Shown here piece after piece: positions 49,175 to 58,000 of a DNA stretch of 64,000 nucleotides. Origin of the DNA: Candidatus Zhuqueibacterota bacterium. Lineage in GTDB: Bacteria > SM23-31. The DNA lies in assembly GCA_042564455.1 (NCBI GenBank), contig JBHPLC010000002.1, positions 25,017-89,016 on the forward strand, read 5' to 3'. Under the pieces are notes generated by a model that saw only the letters and a program-made list of their open reading frames with translations, had not been told where the DNA came from and made no database searches. The stretch's first letter is position 1, and every line of letters starts with the position of its first letter. Made by a program: the position numbers and the translations under genes.

Positions 49175-52100
49175 TTATCTTAAGAGAATTAATCTCATTG
49201 TTTTTGTATTGCTGCTCGAGATCAGTTTGTAAAAGTACATTCCGCTCGAAACATCCATGCCGCTGTTGTCCTTTCCATTCCAGACTACTTTATGATAACC
49301 GGCGGATTTTTCTGTATTCACGAGGGTTCTCAACTCCTGTCCCAGTGAATTATAGATAGCCAGCTTAACATGTCCGGTCTGCGGAAGTCCGAATTCGATC
49401 GTGGTTTTCGGATTGAATGGATTTGGAAAATTCTGTTTCAGTGTATAGTCATCCGGAATAACATCGTTTTCTGTTCTTGTGTCTTTGCTGAGAACGATCT
49501 TGAATCTTCTTTGCTCCAGTCCGTCATCTGCAAGTTTTTTGGTAAAATCTGTCGGATCATCTGCAAAAAGAACTGGACCCGGTGAAGATTTGGATGTTCT
49601 TGGAATGACGTTAAATGTGAAAGAACTGTTTTTCTGCATATCAATTCTATCACCAGTCAGTTCATCTATAAGCATAAAACCAAGCTCGCTATTATCAATA
49701 TCAGGAATATCCCAGTTCACAGTAACCTGACTGGATGAACTGTTGGTCATCACAATAAAATCCCATGAAGAGCCTTCATCACTGGATTTTCTGATGTCCT
49801 GTGTGTAATATCCCGGGTTGGTTTCCCAGCCGTTATGCGGAAATGACAGCGAGATGAATTCATCGTTTAGCGAAACCAGTTCGAACACGTCTCCACGGTC
49901 AAACCTTGGATCAGCCCAGTCAGCCATTCCGATATAATTGTGCGTGTCAATATTTTCACCGCTTTCTGCGGAAATCTTCATCCGCCAATCAAGCTCTAAT
50001 AATTCACCGCCGCCCATCTTGCCGACACCCGGATAGCTTATCGTCACTTCTTCCGCATCCTGGTTGGTGCGCACCCAGAAGCCGCTCCAGGGAGCTATGG
50101 TCGAAGTCAGACTGCCGCCGGGGAGTCCGTTGCCCAGGTAAAAATCATATTCCGAACCTGTCCAGCGGTAATATACGTTATCCATTCCGCTTCCCACGGC
50201 CACATCGTCATCCCAGTCTATGTCAACTCCGTAGGGATTGCCGAGCATATGCCAGCCGTTGGAATTTGTATAGGTTAATGTGCTGGTGATGTCCGCTGTT
50301 TCCTGAAGGCCGGTGACGTCCACATTAGACGGATCAAAAGCGTAAAGTATGTACCCTGTACCGTTTGATAATTCTGTCGGTATGACCCATTCACCCAATG
50401 CTTCGTTATATTCATATATATTGGAATTGTTGGTTTCGTACCTGAACGGGGCTATGTCGTCTGAGAAGATCGATACGGGATTGACCACGTCTTCAGGAGA
50501 GACAGGAAGGCTTATCATGCTCCACCCCGGCTGCATTATGGAGGAGGAAGTCGTATCGTTAACTTCGATGACACCGTAGATCGAGAAGTGGTTGATCTTT
50601 ATCTTGACGGTATTGTCAACGTGGTTTATGACATGGTCGCCTCTAACACGCTGCCAGATCTGTTTTGCGATATCCCAGATATGCACCCGCATATTTTCCT
50701 TTTTATTCTTGACCTCAAAATCCAGGAACTCCATCGTAAGCTCTACAGAATCCCTGAAGGTAAATCCGCCTTCGGATCCTTCAACAATGAAGCTTACTGC
50801 TGACGGACACTTTTCGAGTTCCGTTATTGGAATATCAGCTTCGGACGGCTGCTGCACAATAATGCTCTTGCTGCCTATAATCGCTCCCGGCGGGATATCA
50901 ACGGCATGTTTTGTGAATACACCTCCGGAAGATATCTGAACTCTGCCCCCTAATGATGAATTAACTGCTATCGTTGTATCATTGAATACTTTTTCGTTCT
51001 TTAAATTGCGGTCGGCTACCGTGATCGTAAGAGTTTCCGCCAGGGTTAGAACACCATCGGACACATAAAACACTACCGTATATGTTCCGGCGTGCAAAAA
51101 TGAAGGATTCCAGTGGAATTTGCCTGTGTTGACATTAAAAGAAGCTACTGCTCCCGCAGGAAGTCCACTCAAGTCCGCCCAGAAGGATAAATTGCGATAA
51201 TTGCCCAACGGTGAAGTTACCTGAAACTCTATTTCTTCGCCCTCTTTAGTTGTTTTATCACCTATATGATTAAATAAAAAATTGACTGAAAATACATTAA
51301 TTGCATCATCCACTTCTGTAGCAACATAAACATGCTTATTATCCGGACTAAGTTCAACATCAACCGGTCCGTCTAAATAAGTATATCCATCAACTTCATC
51401 ACGATACATCTCTATAAAATCTAATTCACCTGTCTCTCTGTTTCTGTTGAATACACTTACAGCGTCATCAGTACGACCTCCGACAATTAGTATTCCACCG
51501 TCGGGACTGACCTTTATACCACGCGCTCCCTGTAGGCCGGTCAAGCCATCCTGCTCGTCAAAATATGACTTAACAAATGTGAGCAGACCTGTGGTCTGAT
51601 CCCTTTTTAATAAAACTATTGCATGATCCCTCTGACTGCCGCCATAAAGAAATTTCTCGTCAGGACTAATTGTAAGGTCGGTTACATTATCCAATCCATC
51701 AACACCGTCAGTATTGTCAATAACAACTTGGATCTGTGTCAATTTGCCTGTTTCTTCATCTATTCTGAATACTGCAATAGCATCCCCTGCTAAACCTGCC
51801 TGATAAAGAAATTTACCGTCAGAAGAAATCTCATTAGAACCACCCCCTCTTAGACCCGATACACCATTCTGACCTTCCAGAAGAGACTCTACGAAAGTTA
51901 ATCTGCCTGTTGCTGGATTCCTTTCAAAAACTGCCATAGAGCCTGATCCTCCATAATTAGAAATATATAAAAACTTTCCATCAGGTCTCAAGTTGCTAGT
52001 ATGTGGTCTTGACAGGCCTGAAATACCATCCTGACCGTTAAAAAGAGTTTCTAAATAAGTGAGTTTACCTGTTTTATCATCTCTTGTAAATGCAGCTACT

Positions 52101-54526
52101 GCATTTTCATTTGTTGACAGTCCGGTGGCATAAATATTCTTACCGTCCTGGCTTAAAGTAAGATCCCAGATATCATTAATACCGAGAAAACCATCAACTA
52201 AATTTTGATAAGATTCAATATAGGTAAGTTCTCCTGTGCCTGGATTCCGGGTAAAGAAGGCAATGTTATCCTCGCTATTTCCTGTAACATAAACATGTTT
52301 GCCATCAGAACTAAAGACTATTTTGCCTGTACCATTTATACCGGAAGTTAATTTCTTTACTACATTACTGAATGTTAATGTTCCTGTTGAAGAATTTCTA
52401 ATAAATTTAACTATTGTATCATCGGTATAACCAGATACATAACAATTATTGCCATCATTACTTATAGCAAATTCATATGGATTATCCATACCTGCAATTG
52501 ACTGGAGGTTGTTGTAATATGAAGTTAAATAAGTTAATTCTCCAGTAGAAGAGTTTCTGGAAAATACTACCAATGCGTCATCAAACCGGCCAACCGCATA
52601 TAAATAATTACCATCCAAACTTACCTTTAGAAAAGGTATTGTATTTAGTCCGTGTATACCACCTTCATTATTGGTATAAATGTAGTTGTTAAATGTCAGT
52701 TTACCTGTACTGGTGTTTCTTGTAAATAAAGTTATTGCATTTCGTCCATTATCTGATACATATAGATGTTTGTCATCCGGACTAATATCCAAAGTTCTTG
52801 GAACATCCAAACCAAAAAAATCATTAATACCTTCTTGATAGATATCATCAAAAGATAGGGCGCCAGTTGAATTATCTCTGCTATATGCAATAACAGAATT
52901 TGCTGAAGTAACATAAATAAAAGACCCGTCATTACTGATTACAAAACCACGTGGCCCCTCTATGCCACCGGAGCCTCCAACACCACCAACAGTAGTACTG
53001 AATACAGAATTTCCTGCGCCAGCAATCCAGCCGTTGTTTGCGTCTGTAAAATGAACTCCTTTAAGCCCTCTATCAAAAGGATGTATCTGAGTAGTCCAGG
53101 TGGTTCCACCATCTGCTGTGTAGACTATAGCGCTTTGTATGCTATTATTAAACTCACCGACGTTTCCAACCGCCCAACCTTTATTAGAATCAGCAAAATA
53201 AATATCCCATAATTTACCGTCACTTGCAATAGGTATGGTTTGTGCGGTCCAATCTGTTCCCCCATTAGTTGTTTTAAGAACTGTACTTTCATTGCCGGAA
53301 ACCCATCCGACGGTAGAACTCGTAAAATGTATTCCACGAAGTTCAACGGATGTGCCGCTAGTCTTAACCGCCCAGTTGTCGCCTCCGTCTACTGTTGCCA
53401 GAATTGTCCCGTTATTCCCGACAGCCCAGCCGTTATTAGCGTCAGTAAAAAATACGCCAAAAAGGTCTTCAGAAGTGTTGCTTGTCTGTGTATTCCAGGA
53501 AGAACCATCGGTTGTTTTGAGGATAATACCACCGCTGCCGACTACCCAACCGGTAGTGCCGTTGAAAAAATGTACTCCATAGAAATCATTCCCTAAATTA
53601 GGATTTTGTGAACCCCATGAACTACCGCCATCAGTAGATTTAATTATTGTATCATCCGAACCTACGATCCACCCATTATCAGCGTCAACAAAAAATACAG
53701 CATTAAGACTACGACCTGTACCTATTGAATAAGATTCCCAACTGCCGCCGCCATCAGCTGTTTTAATTAGAAGATCATTTTCACCTATTATCCAGACAGT
53801 ATTTGCATCAATACTGAAGACATCAGCAAAAGCAGTATTTCCACTGGTTGGCAATTCAAAAGTGTTCCATTTATAATCATTGCCTATGGTCTCAACATAT
53901 GATAATCTTCCTGTTGAAGTATTTCTGTCAAAAACAACTACTGCGTCACTAACATAACCAGTCACATAGACATGTTCATTATCCGGACTGACTTTTATAT
54001 CTAAAGCACCATTAAGACCTGGAAGTGAGATGTCGTCATTAAAATGAGTTTCCAGATACGTTAATTCTCCTGTATTAGAGTTTCTATCAAAAACAACAAC
54101 TGCATCACTAACATATGCCGCAACATATAGATTATTCCCATCCGGGCTTAATGCAATATATCTTGGAGCATCCAATCCAGCTATTATACCAGTGTTATTT
54201 TGATATCTCGCTATATAGGTTAAATCTCCACTTGATAGGTCACGGCTGAAAACAGAAATATCATCAGACACATATCCCGCAATATAAACAAACTTATCAT
54301 CCGAACTGTTTACAATACTACGAGCACCATCCAGACCCGGAATCGAATGGATCTCGGCGCCTGTTTCGACTTCGACGAATTTTAGAAGGCTGCCCTTATC
54401 GGTTTGGGCGAATATAGCAAAATTTGTAATCAGTAAACTGACCAAAATGAATAGAATTATCCTAAAGGAAGATCTTGCATGTAACATATCTTTGTTCCTT
54501 ACATAAAAGGGAATAATATATTTCAT
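49175..54526 (-). CDS. Giant secreted surface protein 1: lactonase-type beta-propeller repeats, embedded Ycf48/BNR-like propeller, Ig-like domain, ZU5-like domain (HFS), T9SS-type C-terminal sorting domain
   Basis: 1783 aa; the probable start is Met14 (54487), followed by a signal peptide. Many repeats of the SPDG..LYV..y.sD.v.VF.R...TG.LT type. W.VG..G.I..T.DGG..W repeats lie at about 52985-53870. The ZU5-like block is at 50567-50959. The C-terminus NFPNPFNPKTTIEF...GMYFYKL...RLILLR is typical of T9SS type A sorting domains. Confidence 0.85.
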   Translation of the reverse strand: MKYIIPFYVRNKDMLHARSSFRIILFILVSLLITNFAIFAQTDKGSLLKFVEVETGAEIHSIPGLDGARSIVNSSDDKFVYIAGYVSDDISVFSRDLSSGDLTYIARYQNNTGIIAGLDAPRYIALSPDGNNLYVAAYVSDAVVVFDRNSNTGELTYLETHFNDDISLPGLNGALDIKVSPDNEHVYVTGYVSDAVVVFDRNTSTGRLSYVETIGNDYKWNTFELPTSGNTAFADVFSIDANTVWIIGENDLLIKTADGGGSWESYSIGTGRSLNAVFFVDADNGWIVGSDDTIIKSTDGGSSWGSQNPNLGNDFYGVHFFNGTTGWVVGSGGIILKTTDGSSWNTQTSNTSEDLFGVFFTDANNGWAVGNNGTILATVDGGDNWAVKTSGTSVELRGIHFTSSTVGWVSGNESTVLKTTNGGTDWTAQTIPIASDGKLWDIYFADSNKGWAVGNVGEFNNSIQSAIVYTADGGTTWTTQIHPFDRGLKGVHFTDANNGWIAGAGNSVFSTTVGGVGGSGGIEGPRGFVISNDGSFIYVTSANSVIAYSRDNSTGALSFDDIYQEGINDFFGLDVPRTLDISPDDKHLYVSDNGRNAITLFTRNTSTGKLTFNNYIYTNNEGGIHGLNTIPFLKVSLDGNYLYAVGRFDDALVVFSRNSSTGELTYLTSYYNNLQSIAGMDNPYEFAISNDGNNCYVSGYTDDTIVKFIRNSSTGTLTFSNVVKKLTSGINGTGKIVFSSDGKHVYVTGNSEDNIAFFTRNPGTGELTYIESYQNLVDGFLGINDIWDLTLSQDGKNIYATGLSTNENAVAAFTRDDKTGKLTYLETLFNGQDGISGLSRPHTSNLRPDGKFLYISNYGGSGSMAVFERNPATGRLTFVESLLEGQNGVSGLRGGGSNEISSDGKFLYQAGLAGDAIAVFRIDEETGKLTQIQVVIDNTDGVDGLDNVTDLTISPDEKFLYGGSQRDHAIVLLKRDQTTGLLTFVKSYFDEQDGLTGLQGARGIKVSPDGGILIVGGRTDDAVSVFNRNRETGELDFIEMYRDEVDGYTYLDGPVDVELSPDNKHVYVATEVDDAINVFSVNFLFNHIGDKTTKEGEEIEFQVTSPLGNYRNLSFWADLSGLPAGAVASFNVNTGKFHWNPSFLHAGTYTVVFYVSDGVLTLAETLTITVADRNLKNEKVFNDTTIAVNSSLGGRVQISSGGVFTKHAVDIPPGAIIGSKSIIVQQPSEADIPITELEKCPSAVSFIVEGSEGGFTFRDSVELTMEFLDFEVKNKKENMRVHIWDIAKQIWQRVRGDHVINHVDNTVKIKINHFSIYGVIEVNDTTSSSIMQPGWSMISLPVSPEDVVNPVSIFSDDIAPFRYETNNSNIYEYNEALGEWVIPTELSNGTGYILYAFDPSNVDVTGLQETADITSTLTYTNSNGWHMLGNPYGVDIDWDDDVAVGSGMDNVYYRWTGSEYDFYLGNGLPGGSLTSTIAPWSGFWVRTNQDAEEVTISYPGVGKMGGGELLELDWRMKISAESGENIDTHNYIGMADWADPRFDRGDVFELVSLNDEFISLSFPHNGWETNPGYYTQDIRKSSDEGSSWDFIVMTNSSSSQVTVNWDIPDIDNSELGFMLIDELTGDRIDMQKNSSFTFNVIPRTSKSSPGPVLFADDPTDFTKKLADDGLEQRRFKIVLSKDTRTENDVIPDDYTLKQNFPNPFNPKTTIEFGLPQTGHVKLAIYNSLGQELRTLVNTEKSAGYHKVVWNGKDNSGMDVSSGMYFYKLISSSNTKTMRLILLR
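50567..50959 (-). other. ZU5-like domain with terminal HFS motif (giant protein 1, residues ~1190-1320)
   Basis: GGRVQISSGGVFTKHAVDIPPGAI...CPSAVSFIVEGSEGGFTFRDSVELTMEF...MRVHIWD...W..V...VKIKINHFSIYGV. The H-F-S codons are at 50582-50590. Confidence 0.55.
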
Positions 54527-54859
54527 ATTCGGATATATGGATAAATAATCCGTTAATTTGTATTCATCCTTGATATAGTGAAGCTAAATGGGGGAATGCA
54601 ATCAGAACCTTAAAGTTCAAAATTTGGAAATATCACACAGAAATGCTTAACATATTTAAGGTAGAAAAATTATATCAAAAACAGACGCTTCCCTCCACCA
54701 TTTAATAGTTGATATTTTATTTTCGGCAGAATTTGACAATACTTTAGAAAATTTATATTATTTTGTGGTAATAGGGAGTGATTTTGTGATATCTGTAAAT
54801 AAAGTACTGTAAATGAGGATGGATCGGCAATCTTAAAGATTTTGTGGCAGAATTGGTAT

Positions 54860-55054
54860 TTATTTCCCGCCTTTTCTGAATGTTCGGAACAGCATGTATC
54901 CCATTAGTACAACTCCGTATATTCCGGGATTGCCCCATGGGATTGTTCCAACAGGATTTACAGGAGGGCCTGGAGGAGCTTGGGCAAACAGTGTGAATGC
55001 CATGCCTAATAATAAAGCTGTGCTGATAACTGAATATTTAATAAGATTTCTCAA
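54860..55054 (-). CDS. Conserved 64-aa membrane peptide (copy 2)
   Basis: TTG start with a GAGGGG RBS, 13 nt after the giant-gene-2 stop. MRNLIKYSVISTALLLGMAFTLFAQAPPGPPVNPVGTIPWGNPGIYGVVLMGYMLFRTFRKGGK. Confidence 0.78.
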   Translation of the reverse strand: MRNLIKYSVISTALLLGMAFTLFAQAPPGPPVNPVGTIPWGNPGIYGVVLMGYMLFRTFRKGGK

Positions 55055-55067
55055 TTTTGCCCCTCTG

Positions 55068-58000
55068 TTATCTGATCAATAATAATTTCATAGTATTGAA
55101 ATAATTGCCTGATGTTATTCTGTAGAAGTAAACTCCTGTTGAAACTTCAGTTCCGAGATCATCCCTACTATCCCACATTATCGAATGATAACCCGCCTGA
55201 ACTTCCGTATTGACGAGTGTTCGGACTTTCTGCCCCAATGAGTTGAATATCACAATCCTTGTTAGTCCTGATTCGGGTATTCCATATTCGATCTTTGTTA
55301 TAGGATTGAACGGATTCGGATAATTCTGATTCAGAAAATAACTTTTTGGGACTAATTTATTTGAATCCTTAGAGAGAGTGATCGTAAAATTCCGCGATGT
55401 TACATCATCAGCCGATACTTTTTGAGTAAAATTGGTCGGATCTTCCACCCTCTCCGGTGCAGCTTCGCCGCTTTTCTGCAGAGCAGGTTTGCTGAAAGAG
55501 TAAATATTTACTGACCTCATGTCAATAATTTCACCTGATGTATTGTCTTTCATGTAGACATTGACATCAGATTCAAGTTCCTCCGGTATCTCCCAGTTCA
55601 GACTCACAAGATCATTTGAGCTGTTAGTTGCGACATCAAAATCCCATGAGATTTCATCAGAATTCGGTCTTATATCCTGTGTCAGATTAGTCGAGTTATT
55701 CAGGAAGTAAAGCGAGATAAACTCATCATTCAGAGGTGAGAGTTCATAAATGTCATGACCATCAAAACCTGTGTTTGCATTCTCTGCAACACCGAGATAG
55801 TTATGCGAATCTTTAACATAGCCGCTCTGTGCGATTATCCTCATTCTCCAGTCTGGCTTCGTGGGCTTTGAAACACCTTTTTTGTTCAGTCCCGGATAAG
55901 AAATGGTCAGTTCCTCTGCATCCATCGTAGTGTGCACCCAAAACCCCTGCCATGTTGAGATGGTTGAAGTCAGGCCTCCGTCCGGGTAAAACTCATACTC
56001 TGAGCCTGTCCAGCGGTAATAAACATTATCTGTTAACGGGTCTAATGTTACATCTGTATCCCAGTCGATATCAACTCCAAATGGATTGCCAATCAGATGC
56101 CAACCATTCGAATTAGTGTATGTTAATGAATGTGTGATATCTGCTGTTTCCACCAGTCCGTCAAGATCAATATTAGATGGATCGAAAGCATACAGAATAT
56201 ACCCCGTACCGTTATTTACTGATGAGGGTATAATCCAATCTCCCGCTGATTCATCATAAGAATATATGCTCGAATTGTTGATCTCATATCTGAATGGGTA
56301 GATATCGTCACTGAATAGTGACACGGGATCAGTACTAACGTCAAGTGTTACCGGCAGACTCACCATTCCCCAACCGGGAGACAATGTAGTCTCCTCTTCG
56401 GCTATTGATACTTCCGCCACTCCATATATTGAGAAATGCGTTGTTTTAGTTCTAACGGTGTTATTGATCCAATCTATTATATGATTGCCGCGAACTCGTT
56501 TCCACATCTGTTTCGTCTTGTCCCATTCGTGCACTCGCATATTAGATTTATCACTTTTAACTTCGAAGTCTTTGAATTCAATTGTAATTTCAACCGAATC
56601 TTCAAAAGTAAATCCGTTTTCGCTTCCCTGAACAACAAAATCTATTGCTGATGGGCAATTTTCCAACTCCTCTAAAGGTATGTCATCTAAATTAGGGGGC
56701 TGAACAATAATAATCTTATCTTCAGGTAAGGCATTTGGAGGAATTTCAACCTTATGCTTTTTGTAAAATCCAGTAGTGTCAACACTAATTGTGCCACCAG
56801 TCTCTTTTTTGAAACTCTTTGTATTAGATGCGGCTAAGCCTTTGATAAAATCAGCCTTTACCACAGTAATGGTAATTGTTTCTGAATCGGAATAATAACC
56901 GTCTTTAACGGTAAAAGTAACTTGATAAACACCAGCAGATCCAATATGAGTATTCCATTTGAAAGTAGCTAAAGTTTTGTCGTTGTTTGATTTAAAAGAA
57001 GCTCCGGCTGATTGTGGCAAATTCTCAGATGATTTTGAATAACTTCGAGACAAAATACCATCATAATTAGAAGTTACATCAAATGAGATTTTCTCACCCT
57101 CTGTATAGTTTTTATCTCCAATTGGATTAAGTTCAAGGGTAGCATAGTATTCCAGAACAAATATCTTAAAAGAGGATTCTGATGCAGCTCCCAAAGTGTC
57201 CTCAGCGCAAACTACAACTCTGTGTGTGTCCATTTGAGAGATGTTTGGCTTCCAATTTATCTCTCCCGTTAATGAATCAATACTCATTTCGAGAGGACCG
57301 TCTGTCAGAGAGAATTTAAATAAATCTCCGTCAATATCTGACGCAGTAACCACTGTTATAATTGCCTCTCCAACACCGGCAGTTATATCTGATATAGGAT
57401 CAATTTCCGGAGGCTGGTTTACATGCAGCACTGTAATATCCAGAGTATCTGCATCTTCACCTCCAAAAATATCATTTGCCTTAATAATCAAAGAATAATC
57501 ACCGCTCTGCAAAAATGATGGGGTCCAGTTTAAATCACCAGTCGTGCTGTCTAATGTTAAACCATCTGGTTTTGATCCAGAGATTGAAAAAAACAGAGAA
57601 TCTGATTCTACATCTGTTGCTGAAACCGTTAAATTCAGAGTATCTCCTTCATTAACTGTCTGGTCCTGTATATTTACTATTACCGGATGATTGTTTATAC
57701 TCAAAGTGACAGGACGGGTATACAGTGTTAAATCAGTGGCCATTGTGTTGGTTGCCTTACATATATAAACACCTGCATCTGAAGATTGTAAAGAATCGAT
57801 TGTCAGGGTACTACTGGTTGCACCAGAAATATTCGAGCCATTCTTGATCCACTGATACTGGGTAGCAGCACCTCCAGCTGACACAGTTAAAGAAAGATTG
57901 GTTCCTATTGTGACAGACGTATCTTTTGCAGCCCCAATGCTGTCCTGAGGAGAGTAATTAATACCTGTAATTCCGACATTTGGTTCTATATCTTCGAAGG

